Shown: positions 39,401-49,511, counted from the first letter of the stretch. The stretch: DNA of 64,000 bases from Corallococcus sp. AB038B (GCF_003668955.1 NZ_RAWO01000002.1:535605-599604); one strand, 5' to 3'. Notes: generated by a model not told the origin, from the letters alone. Numbers and translations are program-made.

Positions 39401-39759
39401 AGCACCCGGCCCGTGGGCAGGAGCACGGCCAGGGTGACGTTGCCCGTGAGGCTGGAGGGGCCCGCGGAGGCCCAGGTGCTGGTGGCGGGATCGTAGGTCT
39501 CCGCCGTGCCCACGAATCCGGACGAGTTGACGCCGTTGACGACGAGCAGTTTCCCGTTGGGGAGCAGGACGGCCGCGTGTTGCCCGCGTGCCGTCGCCAT
39601 GGACGGGGTGGCGTACCAGGCCGGCGCCGTCGCGAGACGGGCGTGCGTGGTGCGGATGCCCTCGGATGCCGCCGGGCGCTCGTTCCCGCCGCAGGAAAGA
39701 AGGCCCAGGCTCGCGGCGAACAACAGGAGCCTGCTCCAGACAGCGCGTTGTGACCGCAT
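36460..39759 (-). CDS. Kelch/galactose-oxidase-type beta-propeller surface protein with Ig-like domains and a MYXO-CTERM sorting tag.
   Basis: An N-terminal lipoprotein signal (..LGLLSCGG) is present. More than 20 Kelch-like blades (..GRVLV.GG...AELYDP..TW..) are present. The C-terminus reads ..GGGCNSTGG..ALALLAALAAWGSSRRR. The protein is 1099 aa. Confidence 0.75.
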   Translation of the reverse strand: MRSQRAVWSRLLLFAASLGLLSCGGNERPAASEGIRTTHARLATAPAWYATPSMATARGQHAAVLLPNGKLLVVNGVNSSGFVGTAETYDPATSTWASAGPSSLTGNVTLAVLLPTGRVLVLTDGSQGGRLYDPVANTWAATGNMSTTRALPTATLLATGQVLIAGGTGGGGVRLTTAELYDPATNTFTATGAMTEGRGAHMSTRLRDGRVLAVSGFSGSGEVPGADLYDPASGTWSAAAPPLVARHYSTSTLLPDGRVLVAGGFTASGVTAQSELYDPAANTWTATGSLAFPRASHMATLLPNGRVLVTGGSNTSRAAQIESELYDPATGTWTSAGTMNIARENHTATLLPSGKVFVTGGFAQLPGLTFFAQTEVYDPAASQWSPAGAMGTPRTDPMVALLPGGQVLVAGGRGVSSSAAVEVYDRASNSWSAAPALAVPRERATATVLRSGQVLVAGGRNAGVSTASAQRYDSTTGTWLPTADLLGTRHLHSATLLPDGRVFVSGGQRNAAVLASAEIYSPDANTWSAAAPPTVARASHGAVLLHDGRVLVAGGHDNTGVETASAELYDPVTNTWAPAASLNGIRDELTLTLLPSGQVLAAGGLVGLTYLTSAELYDPATNTWTPVGSLSQSRYHHTATLLPSGKVLIAGGLTDLGAYVDTAEIFDPQLRIFTTVADPTTRGGLISTALPSGEVLLVGGVGAPDAELFNENGAQPAWRPTVTNPVTLVAACPTVLEGMLFRGISGGSSGSYSDSPTDFPLVRFRAAEGGRLWTLPSSNTSATRATVTVPADVPVGTYGLSVFANAISGGRMVTVVANRPPTAADQTVVVPKDTVTAIALSGTDPDPGQVLSWTAVTQPQHGTLGTSAQGTLEYTPNPGFVGTDSFTYRVRDCADDSNIATVTLNVTDDAVPPTLTCPANLTVEATDPDGALVTYDPAVLEPAGGLPVSYSQPSGSLFPIGTTTVTATSTGLTCTFQVTVQDTTAPTLTCPADITVAPNTQVTFTPTATDAVTANPTVTSSPASGSDFPAGATQVTVTATDAAGNTAQCTFQVRVQAQVVEIAGGGCNSTGGTTSALALLAALAAWGSSRRRQNPARGN

Positions 39760-39888
39760 CGATGAAACCCCGATCCGCGAGGGCTGGCGCGACCACGACC
39801 GTCGGCCTGCCGCTCGACGTGAACACTCCGGGTTGCGGATTATCAGTGCGCCGGGTGCTGGGGCAATGCGTGAAAAAATCCGGCGCGG

Positions 39889-40905
39889 TCATCCGCCGCG
39901 TGGGTCGTAGATTTTCTCGGGAGGGGCCTCCAGGAAGCGGCGCCACCAGAGACGGGCCTCGTCGTCGGTGTAGCCGTCCCAGGTGTTGACGTGGGGGAAG
40001 GGCAGGAGCCAGGGCTCCAGGAACCGGGCCAGCTCGCGATACGCCGGCAGTGTCTCACCCAGCTTCGTGTCCCCGGCGAGCGGCTCGGGGCCCAGGCTGA
40101 TCAGGGCGCGGCCTCCGGTGAGTTCCTGGACGGTGGTCTCCGGATGGCTCAGATGCGAGCGAAGTGCCTGGATACCGCCAACGGTTTCGAGCAGGGGAGG
40201 GCCCAGGAAGTTCAGCCAGTGCACGTCGTCAATCCACGGTCCCAAGCCCCACGCCAGCGTAGGCGGAACGTGCCAGCCGGGATGCCTGGACAGCTGCTCT
40301 TTAAGCAGGGGAAGAAGTTTCGACCTCCCGCGTGTGAATGAGAGCGACAGCCCGGCATGGCCCGTGGAGAGCGGAAGAAGCTCCGCCAGAGACCGTGCCA
40401 GTGCAAAGGCCTTCTCGGGCCCCTGTGTCTCCAGGAAGCTTATCGGGAGCTTCACGCTCAGCACGCTGTGCTCGGAAGTGGGTTCTCTCCATGGGAGCCG
40501 AGACTCGAAACTGAATTCATAGCCATCTGGCTCCGAATGTCCTCCCTTGAGGATGACCCATGTGTCGAAGCCCCTCTTGGTCAATCTTCGGAACCAGTAG
40601 GAGTCTTGATCCATGTCGTCCAGGTATTCGAATCGAGACTTGGTGAGGTGGCGTTGAGCTTCCTCCCAAAACTCGGACTCAAGCGGGAAGGCATCCTCAA
40701 TGACGTCGGAATCCTCTCCGACGGTCAGTGCCCCGCCACTGGCAGCAATGAATCCGAGATAGGTGTCGAGGACCCGTCGTAGGACTGGGGCCAGCACTCC
40801 GTGGTCATGCGGCAGGTAGAACACGATGCGCAGGACCAGTTGGACCCGGGGGAGCGTCGGGGCGAAGTGTTGCAGGAACGGATACTTACTCACGCACGAC
40901 TCCAA
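39889..40905 (-). CDS. Hypothetical protein (possibly DUF3396/immunity-like; not verified).
   Basis: The ORF is 338 aa with good codon bias. It is the last gene of a three-gene same-strand operon. Confidence 0.5.
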   Translation of the reverse strand: MESCVSKYPFLQHFAPTLPRVQLVLRIVFYLPHDHGVLAPVLRRVLDTYLGFIAASGGALTVGEDSDVIEDAFPLESEFWEEAQRHLTKSRFEYLDDMDQDSYWFRRLTKRGFDTWVILKGGHSEPDGYEFSFESRLPWREPTSEHSVLSVKLPISFLETQGPEKAFALARSLAELLPLSTGHAGLSLSFTRGRSKLLPLLKEQLSRHPGWHVPPTLAWGLGPWIDDVHWLNFLGPPLLETVGGIQALRSHLSHPETTVQELTGGRALISLGPEPLAGDTKLGETLPAYRELARFLEPWLLPFPHVNTWDGYTDDEARLWWRRFLEAPPEKIYDPRGG

Positions 40906-40967
40906 ACTGGGGCGTGATGATCGCGGGCTTGCACTTTCCTCTCAGCTCCGCGTAGCGGGCCATTTGT

Positions 40968-41258
40968 TCACGGGTTCCGTCGTTGGAGAGGGGGTCGCCC
41001 TTGCTTTTCATCGTGCACGGGAACTTGAGGTCGAAAATGCATTGGATTTGGAATCGTGGCGCCCGCGGAAGCCGCTGCCCTCACGGCCTTGTCCATCCAA
41101 GGCAGGAACGCCTCATCCCCCGGCTGCGTGTAGCAGGTGGGATTGCGCAGACATCCACTGGTCGCGGAGTCCGTGGTCTGCGCGTACTGCCTTGGACCCG
41201 AAGCGCACGACAGACAGAGCAGGGCCACCAGCCCACCCAGGAGGCGCAACTCAATCAT
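40968..41258 (-). CDS. Small lipoprotein (about 96 aa), hypothetical.
   Basis: MIELRLLGGLVALLCLSCASG has a signal and lipobox. Its ATG overlaps the stop of the upstream gene (ATGA). The track ORF 40968..41438 extends upstream as a non-coding artefact. Confidence 0.4.
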   Translation of the reverse strand: MIELRLLGGLVALLCLSCASGPRQYAQTTDSATSGCLRNPTCYTQPGDEAFLPWMDKAVRAAASAGATIPNPMHFRPQVPVHDEKQGRPPLQRRNP

Positions 41259-42233
41259 CGTCTTCACCCACGTCGTGCGCCGCCGCGTTGAACAGGCCGA
41301 AGCCCCCGGCCTCCTCACTGGAGATGTCCGCCCGGCGCAGGGCAGGGGAGTCCTGTGTCTGTCCCACCGCCATCCACCGGGGCGCGGCCAGCAACACGCC
41401 ATCCTTCGGCAGCTCCGGCAACAGGTGCTCCAGGTCACCGAGGATGAACTCCGCGTGCCCCACGCCCTCGGGCTCCGGCAGCCCCACCGGCGGATGCCAA
41501 GGCCCTCCGTCCAGGTGCCCGAAGGGGAAGCTCCCCGTGCCGCTCGCGCCCCCGTACCCCCCTTCCAGCAACCGCCGCGTCCGCTCCGAGCCCCCCGTCA
41601 CCGCCGGAAGGCACACGCGCGTCAGCCAGTCCCAGGTCGCCGTACCCTGCTCCACGGGCCAGTCCAGCTCCACCGCGTCATCCGCCTTCGCCAGCAACGC
41701 ATCGATGTACGCACACGCCGCTCGCGGCCCCAGCACGCCCCCTCGGCGTGCCTCCTCCACCGCCGAGGCCCACAGCTCCTCGCGGTAGTAGTGCGCGAAG
41801 TAGAACCCGGGCTCGTCCCACTCCGGACTCGCGCCCCGGGGCAGCTTCGCCAGCACCAGCCCGCTCGACAGGTACGCGGGCCCCGTGGCCCGGGGGTGGA
41901 ACTGGCTGAAGGCCAGCCGGAACACCCGCACCGCCAGCCCCGCCTCATCCGTCGTCTCCAGTCCGTCCGGACACCCCGCGCGCAGGTGGAAGTCGTCGAA
42001 GCGCAGGAACACGTCCACCGCCATGCCCACGGAGTTCTGGCACAGCGACTCCAGGCACGCCGCCAGCGGATGCCCCGTATCCACGGTCGCCTCCCACGCG
42101 GCCGCCAACACCGTGCGCGTTCCCGCCTCCACCCGCAGCGACAGCCGCACCCGGCCGCCCTCGAACGGAGCCTCCCCGTGCCGGACGTCCTCCCCGTGAA
42201 GCGCGCCCCGATGTTCCTGCCCTGGAGTCGTCA
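41251..42233 (-). CDS. Hypothetical protein (327 aa).
   Basis: It is read from MTTPGQEH... GC3 is strongly biased. The overlapping + ORF 41137..42280 is R/P/Q/H-rich, typical of an antisense frame. It is divergent from the mnmC-like gene. Confidence 0.5.
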
Positions 42234-42282
42234 TGCTAGGCACCCATCCTTTCCCACACATCCCCTCCAGGCCAGGAGCCCC

Positions 42283-43134
42283 GTGTCCGAGCCCTCCCAT
42301 CCGCGCGACGGCGACTTCGAGCTCATCACCCTTCGCAACGGCCACCGCGCCGTGCGCCACCTGGGCCATGGCGAGGTCATGCACCCCGCGGTGGGCCCGT
42401 GGCAGGAAGCCCTGCGCCTCTACGTCGACCAGCCCGGCCTCGCGGACCGCCTGCGCCAGCCCGGCCCGCCGCTCGTCATCCATGACGTGGGCCTGGGCGC
42501 CGCCACCAACGCCGTCGCAGCGCTCACCCGCGCTCGGGAAATGGGCCCGGACCGCGCCCGCGACCTGCACATCGTCAGCTTCGAGGTGGACCTGGCCCCG
42601 CTGCGGCTCGCGCTCGCGGACGCGGAGGGCTTCCCCTTCCTCCAGCCGTTCCGCGAAGCCGCTGAAAGCCTCATGAAGCACGGCACCTGGTCCGAGCCCG
42701 GCATCCAGTGGACCCTCAAGCTGGGGGACGCGGTGCCCTTCCTGGAGCCGGACGCGGGGCTGCCCCCGGCGGACCTCGTCTTCTTCGATCCGTTCTCACC
42801 CGCGTCCAACCCGGACATGTGGACCGAAGCCGTCCTCGCCCGGGTGCGCCGGCATTGCCGGGAAGACGGAGAGGGCGCCCTGCTGATGACCTACAGCGCG
42901 GCCACGCCCACCCGCGTCACGCTGCTGCTCGCGGGGTTCTACGTGGGCGCCGGCGTGTCCACCGGCGCCAAGGGGGAGACCACCGTGGCCTCGACCCGCT
43001 ACGAAACACTGGCCGCCCCGCTGGGGACCCGGTGGCTGGAGCGCTGGGAGCGCTCGTCCTCCCGGGCCCCGCACGGGGGTACCCTCACGCCTGAGGTCGA
43101 GCGTCGCCTCCGGACCCATCCTCAGTGGCGCTGA
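42283..43134 (+). CDS. MnmC N-terminal-like (DUF752) SAM methyltransferase-domain protein.
   Basis: ..FELITLRNGHRAVRHLGHGEVMHPAVGPWQEA...VIHDVGLGAATN...FFDPFSP...MWT.. resembles the MnmD/MnmC methyltransferase domain. A GTG start is assumed. Confidence 0.6.
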   Translation: MSEPSHPRDGDFELITLRNGHRAVRHLGHGEVMHPAVGPWQEALRLYVDQPGLADRLRQPGPPLVIHDVGLGAATNAVAALTRAREMGPDRARDLHIVSFEVDLAPLRLALADAEGFPFLQPFREAAESLMKHGTWSEPGIQWTLKLGDAVPFLEPDAGLPPADLVFFDPFSPASNPDMWTEAVLARVRRHCREDGEGALLMTYSAATPTRVTLLLAGFYVGAGVSTGAKGETTVASTRYETLAAPLGTRWLERWERSSSRAPHGGTLTPEVERRLRTHPQWR

Positions 43135-43711
43135 GCGCCCCTTCCGCGGAAGCCTCGCTCCAGCGAAGGTGGAACGTCGCCGCCGTGCCGTCGAACTCCT
43201 CCGGCAGCGCCACCACCCGCCAGCCCCCGCACAGCGCCACCGCGCGCGCCAGCAGACCCGCCGCGAACGTCGGCTGATCCGCCAGCACGTCGTTCATCCA
43301 GAGCTCTAGCGACGTCGCGCTGCGCTCCACGATTTTGATTTCACTGAAGTTGTTGCCGGCGCGAAAGCCCAGGTCCGCCCGCAGCAGCATCCGCCGGGGA
43401 CCGGCCAGCCGGCCCACGCCCAGGAGCGCTCGGCCAAAGAAGGTGCCGAAGTAGGCGTCCATGAAGCGCTCGCCCAGGGAGTAGTACGCGGCCTCCGCCG
43501 GCACGCCGCCATAGACGTGGCCCGCCGCGATTCGCAGGAATTCCCGCCACTGCTCCAGCGAATAGGTGCGCTCCAGCTTTTTGTCGAGGTCCAGCCCCGC
43601 CCGCTTCAGGTGCTCGCGGCACGCCGGCGTCAGGCGGTTCTCCAGCGCGCGGACGAAGAGCGCGTCGACGGTCTGGGCGAAGACAAGCTTCTCAGGATTC
43701 ATGGGGAGCAC
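43085..43711 (-). CDS. Hypothetical protein, possibly a Myxococcales DUF2378-type paralogous family.
   Basis: The ORF is 208 aa with coding-like bias. The family assignment is from memory only. Confidence 0.45.
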   Translation of the reverse strand: MLPMNPEKLVFAQTVDALFVRALENRLTPACREHLKRAGLDLDKKLERTYSLEQWREFLRIAAGHVYGGVPAEAAYYSLGERFMDAYFGTFFGRALLGVGRLAGPRRMLLRADLGFRAGNNFSEIKIVERSATSLELWMNDVLADQPTFAAGLLARAVALCGGWRVVALPEEFDGTAATFHLRWSEASAEGALSATEDGSGGDARPQA

Positions 43712-43781
43712 CCTACACGAAGCCCCCCATGCGATGCTCCCCCACCTGTGTACTGACGTTCAGTGTCGCGTCCCCCGAGTG

Positions 43782-44783
43782 TCAGGAAGCTGGCGCGCGC
43801 CGCACCCGTCGTGAATTCCGGGTGTTTTCAGACCCTGCGTTGACGGACCGCGCCACCAGTTCGCGGAGCCACTGGTGCGCGGGGTCGCCGTCGAAGCGCT
43901 CGTGCCAGACCTGGAGGATGTCGAAGGGGCGCAAGGGGATGGGCGGGGGGAAGACCTGGAGTTCGTACGCGTCGCGGAACGCGGCGATGAGGCGGCGGGG
44001 CGCGGTGAGGACGTGGTCCGAGCGCGACACCGCCAGCGGCGCGATGAGGAAGTAGGGCACCCGCACGGCGATGCGGCGCGGGGGCAGGCCGCGCTGGGCC
44101 AGGGCCAGGTCCACCGCGCCCACGCCGTCGCCTTTGGGGCTGATGAGGATGTGGGACAGCTTCAGGTAGGTGTCCACGTCCAGCGTGCGGCGCACGGTGG
44201 AGTGGTCCTTGCGCACCACGCAGACGAAGTCCTCGGTGAGGAGCTTCTGCTGGCGCAGGCCCGGCCCGGACGGCACGGGCGCGACGATGATGGCCAGGTC
44301 CACCTCGCCCGTCTCCAGCTGGCCGGCGAAGGTGTTGCTGTCCACGTGCAGCACGGACAGGTCCACGCCGGGGGCCTCGCGGCCCAGGAGCTCCAGCGCG
44401 CCCGGCAGCAGCACCGACCCGAAGAAGTCGCGCGTGGCCACGGTGAAGCGGCGGGTCGCGGTGGCGGGATCGAACGCGGGCTCGTCGCGCAGTGCACGGC
44501 GCAGCTCCGCCAGCCCCCGTTTGAGCGGCGCGGCCAGCTGCTGCGCGCGAGGTGTCAGCACCATGCCGCCCCGGCCGCGGATGAGCAGCGCGTCGCCCAG
44601 CAACTCCCGCAGCTGCGCGAGCGCATGGCTCATCGCGGACTGGGTGAGGCCCACGCGCGCGGCGGCGCGGGTGACGTGCGCCTCCTTCAGCAGCGCGTCC
44701 AGCGTCACCATCAGGTTGAGGTTGATGCCGGAGAGGTCGACCTCCGCAGGGGAGGGCGCTGGGGTTTCATGAGCGCGGCGCAT
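43782..44783 (-). CDS. LysR-family transcriptional regulator.
   Basis: It is read from MRRAHE... The HTH is ..LNLMVTLDALLKEAHVTRAAARVGLTQSAMSHAL.. A substrate-binding domain follows. The upstream part of the track ORF is antisense. Confidence 0.8.
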   Translation of the reverse strand: MRRAHETPAPSPAEVDLSGINLNLMVTLDALLKEAHVTRAAARVGLTQSAMSHALAQLRELLGDALLIRGRGGMVLTPRAQQLAAPLKRGLAELRRALRDEPAFDPATATRRFTVATRDFFGSVLLPGALELLGREAPGVDLSVLHVDSNTFAGQLETGEVDLAIIVAPVPSGPGLRQQKLLTEDFVCVVRKDHSTVRRTLDVDTYLKLSHILISPKGDGVGAVDLALAQRGLPPRRIAVRVPYFLIAPLAVSRSDHVLTAPRRLIAAFRDAYELQVFPPPIPLRPFDILQVWHERFDGDPAHQWLRELVARSVNAGSENTRNSRRVRRAPAS

Positions 44784-44864
44784 GGGCGCATGCATAGCAT
44801 GCAGTGGCCTCATGAATGGCGCGGGAGCACTGTTGCGCCATCTCGCTGTCGCTGGAGGCACCCC

Positions 44865-45758
44865 ATGTCCATCGTCATCAACACCCCGAACGGCAACATC
44901 GGTCGTCCCCTCGTGGAGAAGCTGCTGAAGGCGGGCCGTCAGGTCACGATCATCTCCCGCACGCCGGAGAAGGTGGCGGACCTGGTGAAGCAGGGCGCGA
45001 AGGTGGTTCAGGGCTCCATCGAGGAGCAGGCCACGCTGGACGCGGCGCTCGTGGGCGCGGAGGCGCTGTTCTGGCTGTCGCCGCCCGCCATCCGCCCGGA
45101 CTTCCAGGACTGGGCGAAGGCCAACGGCAAGATGGCCGCGGAGCGCGTGAAGGCGCACGGCGTGAAGCGCGTGGTGATCCTCTCCAGCGTCGGCGCGCAG
45201 AGCGGTCCGGGCACGGGGCCGGTGTCCGTGCTGAAGCCCATTGAAGAGGCCTTCCAGGCTGCGGCCCCCAACGTCGTCAGCCTGCGCGCGGGTTTCTTCA
45301 TGGAGAACCTGCTGCGCGACGTGCAGGGCCTGGCGAAGGCCGGCGCGCTCTTCAGCGCGAGTCCGGAGACGAAGGCCTTCCCCATGGTCGCCACCGCGGA
45401 CATCGCGGCCAAGGCCGCCGAGGTGCTCCTGGATCCGTCGTGGACGGGCCACCGCTATGTGGGCGTCCACGGGCCCAAGGACCTCACCTATCCGGAGGTC
45501 GCCAGCATCCTCACCCAGGTGCTGGGCCAGCCCGTGAAGTACGTGCGGGTGGGACTGGAGGACCTGCGCAACGGCATGACGGGCGCGGGCATGCCTGCTT
45601 TCGCGGCGGACACCTTCGTGGAGATGTACGGCGCCATCCAGGACGGGCGCATGGATCCGGCCGAGCCGCGCTCGAAGGAGACCACCACGCCCACCACGCT
45701 GGCGGAGTTCGCCAGCACCGTGCTCAAGCCGGTGGTGGAGCAGGCGCGCGCGTCGTGA
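44865..45758 (+). CDS. NmrA-like NAD(P)-binding protein.
   Basis: It has a Rossmann N-terminus (MSIVINTPNGNIGRPLVEKL). It is divergent from the LysR gene. Confidence 0.8.
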   Translation: MSIVINTPNGNIGRPLVEKLLKAGRQVTIISRTPEKVADLVKQGAKVVQGSIEEQATLDAALVGAEALFWLSPPAIRPDFQDWAKANGKMAAERVKAHGVKRVVILSSVGAQSGPGTGPVSVLKPIEEAFQAAAPNVVSLRAGFFMENLLRDVQGLAKAGALFSASPETKAFPMVATADIAAKAAEVLLDPSWTGHRYVGVHGPKDLTYPEVASILTQVLGQPVKYVRVGLEDLRNGMTGAGMPAFAADTFVEMYGAIQDGRMDPAEPRSKETTTPTTLAEFASTVLKPVVEQARAS

Positions 45759-45896
45759 CGGCGTCCGCCCGTTCGCTCGCATAAGGAACAGGATGGGGAA
45801 ACGTCCGCTGCCCCGTCCCCTTCCTCACAACTGGTGCACGATGGGGGCCTGCCGGAGATTGCTCCGGTACGGCCACCCACCGAATACGAGCGCACC

Positions 45897-48665
45897 ATGG
45901 ACGAGCAACGCCCCGCCACGCCCCCGGCCCGGACGGACCCTTCCATCGACCTGCTCCACCAGCGGACCCGTCAGCCGCTGGAGGTCATCTTCTCCCCCCG
46001 CAGCGTCGCGGTGGTGGGGGCGAGCGAGCGTCCCGGCAGCGTGGGCCGCACCGTCCTCTGGAACCTCATCAGCAGCCCGTTCGGCGGCACCGTCTACCCG
46101 GTGAACCCGCAGCGCCCCAACGTGCTCGGCATCAAGGCGTGGCCTTCGTTGCGCGCGCTGCCGGAGCCCGTGGACCTGGCCGTCATCGTCACCCCCGCCA
46201 AGTCCGTGCCGGCCATCATCCGCGAGTGCGCGGAGGTCGGCGTCAAGGGCGCCATCATCATCTCCGCGGGCTTCAAGGAGACGGGCCCGGAGGGCGCGAA
46301 GCTGGAGCAGGAGGTGCTGCAAATCGCGCAGGCCGCGAACCTGCGCATCATCGGCCCCAACTGCCTGGGCGTGATGCGCCCCACGAGCGGCTTCAACGCC
46401 ACCTTCGCCAAGGGCATGGCCCGCCCCGGCAACGTGGCCTTCATCAGCCAGTCCGGCGCGCTGCTCACCTCCATCCTCGACTGGAGCCTGCGCGAGGCCG
46501 TGGGCTTCAGCGCCTTCGTCTCAGTGGGCTCCATGCTGGACGTGGGCTGGGGAGACCTCATCGACTTCCTCGCGGATGATCCGATGACGCGCTCCATCCT
46601 GCTGTACATGGAGTCCATCGGCGACGCGCGCGCCTTCCTGTCCGCCGCGCGCGAGGTGGCCCTCACCAAGCCCATCATCGTCATCAAGGCCGGCCGCACC
46701 GCGCAGGCCGCGCAGGCCGCCGCGTCCCACACCGGCACGCTCGCCGGCAGCGACGAGGTGCTCTCCGCCGCCTTCCGCCGCGCGGGCGTGCTGCGCGTGG
46801 ACTCCATCGAGGACCTGTTCCACATGGCGGAGGTGCTGGCCCGCCAGCCCCGGCCCTCCGGCCGCAGGCTCACGCTGCTCACCAACGCGGGCGGCCCCGC
46901 GGTGCTCGCCACGGATGCGCTCGTGTCCGGTGGCGGCGAACTGGCCGTGCTGTCCGACGACACCAAGAAGCAACTGGACGGCTTCCTGCCGCCGCCTTGG
47001 AGCCACGCCAACCCGGTGGACATCCTGGGAGACGCGGACGCGGAGCGCTACGCGAAGGCGCTGGAGACCACCGGCGCGGACCCCAACAGCGACGGCCTGC
47101 TCGTCATCCTCACCCCGCAGGACATGACGGAGCCCACCAAGACCGCGGACCGCCTCAAGGGCTACGCGAAGCTGCCCGGCAAGCCCGTGCTCGCCAGTTG
47201 GATGGGCGGTTCGGAAGTCGCCGCCGGCGAGCGCATCCTCAACGACGCGGGCATCCCGACCTTCGGCTACCCGGACACCGCGGCCCGTGTCTTCAACTAC
47301 ATGTGGCGCTACTCGGACAACATCGCCGGGCTCTATGAGACGCCCACGCTGGCGGAGGAGCCCACCGGCGGAGCCCGCGACGTGGCGCGCGCCCTGGTGG
47401 ACGAAGCCCGCGCCTCCGGTCGCACCCTCCTGTCCGAATACGAGTCCAAGCGCCTGCTGGCCGCCTACGGCATCCCCACCGTGGAGACGTGGCTCGCCAC
47501 GTCCGAGGACGAGGCGGTGGAGAAGGCCCGCGCGCTGGGCTTCCCCGTGGTGCTCAAGCTGAACTCGCTCACGGTGACGCACAAGACGGACGTGGGCGGC
47601 GTGCGGTTGGACCTGCGCGACGAGGCGCAGGTGCGGGAGGCCTGGCGCGCCATCCGCGACGCGCTCGTGGAGCGAGGACTTCAGGACGCGTTCCAGGGCG
47701 TCACCGTGCAGCCCATGGCGAAGCTGGACGGCTACGAGCTGATTCTGGGCAGCAGCCTGGACGCGCAGTTCGGGCCGGTGCTGCTCTTCGGCGCGGGCGG
47801 CACCCTGGTGGAGGTGATGCAGGACCGCGCCCTGGGCCTGCCGCCCCTCACCACCACGCTGGCGCGACGCATGATGGAGCGCACGCGCATCCACCACGCG
47901 CTCAAGGGCGTGCGCGGCCGGGCCCCCGTGGACATGGGCGCGCTGGAGCGGCTGATGGTGCGCTTCAGCCAGCTGGTGGTGGAGCAGCCGCTCATCCGCG
48001 AGCTGGACATCAACCCGCTGCTCGTCTCCGGCGAGCGCATCATCGCGTTGGATGCGCGCGTGGTGCTGCACCCGCCGGAGGTCCCGGTCGCGGCGCTGCC
48101 GAAGCTCGCCATCGAACCGTACCCGCACCAGTACGCGAAGCTGCTCACGCTGAAGAACGGCGAGCAGCTCCTGGTGCGCCCCATCCGCCCGGAGGACGAG
48201 CCCGCCATGGGCCGCTTCCATCAGGCCCTCTCCGAGCAGACCGTGTTCATGCGCTACGCGGGCCTGATGAAGCTCAGCCAGCGCGTGGCCCATGAGCGTC
48301 TGGCGCGCATCTGCTTCAACGACTACGCGCGCGAGATGGCGCTCGTCGCCGAGCGGCCGTCCCCGGACGGGAAGGGCGGGGGAGAGATCCTCGCGGTGGG
48401 CCGGCTCACGCGCCTGCGCGGCACGAAGGACGCGGAGTTCGCCATCACCGTCAGCGACCCCGCCCAGCGGCTGGGCCTGGGCACGGAGTTGCTGCGGCGG
48501 CTGGTGGATATTGGGAGGGACTGGGGCCTGCGCCGCATCGTCGCGGACATCCTCACGCGCAACCGCGGCATGCAGGCCGTCAGCAAGAAGCTGGGGTTCA
48601 CCCTCGTGGAACACGAGGAGTTGGCCCCGGACATGGTCAAAGCCGTGAAGGTGCTCAACGGCTGA
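45897..48665 (+). CDS. pat: Protein lysine acetyltransferase Pat type (NDP-forming acyl-CoA synthetase domains plus a C-terminal GNAT).
   Basis: A CoA-binding region (..[14 protein letters not shown]..), succinyl-CoA-synthetase-like and ATP-grasp segments are present. The C-terminal GNAT reads ..[20 protein letters not shown].. Confidence 0.85.
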   Translation: MDEQRPATPPARTDPSIDLLHQRTRQPLEVIFSPRSVAVVGASERPGSVGRTVLWNLISSPFGGTVYPVNPQRPNVLGIKAWPSLRALPEPVDLAVIVTPAKSVPAIIRECAEVGVKGAIIISAGFKETGPEGAKLEQEVLQIAQAANLRIIGPNCLGVMRPTSGFNATFAKGMARPGNVAFISQSGALLTSILDWSLREAVGFSAFVSVGSMLDVGWGDLIDFLADDPMTRSILLYMESIGDARAFLSAAREVALTKPIIVIKAGRTAQAAQAAASHTGTLAGSDEVLSAAFRRAGVLRVDSIEDLFHMAEVLARQPRPSGRRLTLLTNAGGPAVLATDALVSGGGELAVLSDDTKKQLDGFLPPPWSHANPVDILGDADAERYAKALETTGADPNSDGLLVILTPQDMTEPTKTADRLKGYAKLPGKPVLASWMGGSEVAAGERILNDAGIPTFGYPDTAARVFNYMWRYSDNIAGLYETPTLAEEPTGGARDVARALVDEARASGRTLLSEYESKRLLAAYGIPTVETWLATSEDEAVEKARALGFPVVLKLNSLTVTHKTDVGGVRLDLRDEAQVREAWRAIRDALVERGLQDAFQGVTVQPMAKLDGYELILGSSLDAQFGPVLLFGAGGTLVEVMQDRALGLPPLTTTLARRMMERTRIHHALKGVRGRAPVDMGALERLMVRFSQLVVEQPLIRELDINPLLVSGERIIALDARVVLHPPEVPVAALPKLAIEPYPHQYAKLLTLKNGEQLLVRPIRPEDEPAMGRFHQALSEQTVFMRYAGLMKLSQRVAHERLARICFNDYAREMALVAERPSPDGKGGGEILAVGRLTRLRGTKDAEFAITVSDPAQRLGLGTELLRRLVDIGRDWGLRRIVADILTRNRGMQAVSKKLGFTLVEHEELAPDMVKAVKVLNG

Positions 48666-48695
48666 CCGTGCCCGGGGCTCCCCGGTGCTACGGGA

Positions 48696-49511
48696 CTACA
48701 CGTCGTCGCAGGGCGTGCCCAGCCGCGCGCCCGTGTAGACGCCCAGCTCGTTGTAGATGAACGGCAGGTTCTCACCCACCGGCACCGCGCGCAGCTTCTG
48801 GCGCTTGCTCTTCACGACCCAGAACGACGGCTCCTCGCGGTCCACCACGAGGCGCAGGTCGCCGCCTTGCGTGGAGAAGATTTCTCCCTGCGAGTCGGTG
48901 ACGACGTTGAGCATCTTCTGCTGCTTCACCTGGCCGCGCTGGCCCGTGAAGATGCGGAAGCTCTTGTTGTCCGAGCCGATGCCGCGCTCGACCAGGTAGT
49001 ACACACCCTTGTCGTCGCGCAGCAGCGCGTACGGCTGGAACTTCACCGGGCTGGGCTGGTACGTGGCCTTGCGCAAGAGCTCCTTGGCCTCTTCCGCCGG
49101 CACCGGCTGCTGCGGCAGGTTCTTCTCTCCGCAGCGCAGCGCGCACGTCTTGAAGTCTTCGCTCAGCTTCACGTCGGAGACGACGCGGTAGTCCGTGCCG
49201 CGGAAGTTGTCGTTGGCCTTGGGGTTGAAGAAGCGGGGCTCGAAGAAGGCGCCGTCCGTGGAGGACGGGTAGCCCACCGGCACCACCTGCGTGAACGTCT
49301 TGCCGTCCCCGTAGAACAGGTCGCCCTCGTGCTCGGGCGTCTGGGGGATGAGGACCGTGTAGTGACCCTTGCCGTCCGCGCAGACCTTGGCGGACTCCAG
49401 CACCATGCGGTCGCGCAGCTTCTGCTCCTGCTTCCAGGGCGGATCCAGCGCGAGCGCGGCTTGCGGGGCCAGGACGAGCCCCAGGGCGATGACCATGTGT
49501 CGAAGCGTCAT
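48696..49511 (-). CDS. Secreted hypothetical protein.
   Basis: A signal peptide (..LAPQAALALDP) is present. The ORF is 271 aa. Confidence 0.5.
   Translation of the reverse strand: MTLRHMVIALGLVLAPQAALALDPPWKQEQKLRDRMVLESAKVCADGKGHYTVLIPQTPEHEGDLFYGDGKTFTQVVPVGYPSSTDGAFFEPRFFNPKANDNFRGTDYRVVSDVKLSEDFKTCALRCGEKNLPQQPVPAEEAKELLRKATYQPSPVKFQPYALLRDDKGVYYLVERGIGSDNKSFRIFTGQRGQVKQQKMLNVVTDSQGEIFSTQGGDLRLVVDREEPSFWVVKSKRQKLRAVPVGENLPFIYNELGVYTGARLGTPCDDV

Noticed and set aside
37849-39753. A 634-aa + ORF.
   Set aside because: It is antisense to the Kelch gene and R/G-rich.
41137-42280. The upstream part of the 665-aa + ORF.
   Set aside because: It is R/P/Q/H-rich and overlaps the well-biased minus-strand gene 41251..42233. 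Only the 42283..43134 MnmC-like part is accepted.
43875-44860. The upstream part of the + ORF 43875..45758, and the N-terminal extension of the minus-strand ORF 43782..45782.
   Set aside because: They are mutually antisense artefacts. The real genes are LysR (43782..44783, -) and NmrA (44865..45758, +).
46521-48614. A 697-aa minus-strand ORF.
   Set aside because: It is antisense to pat.
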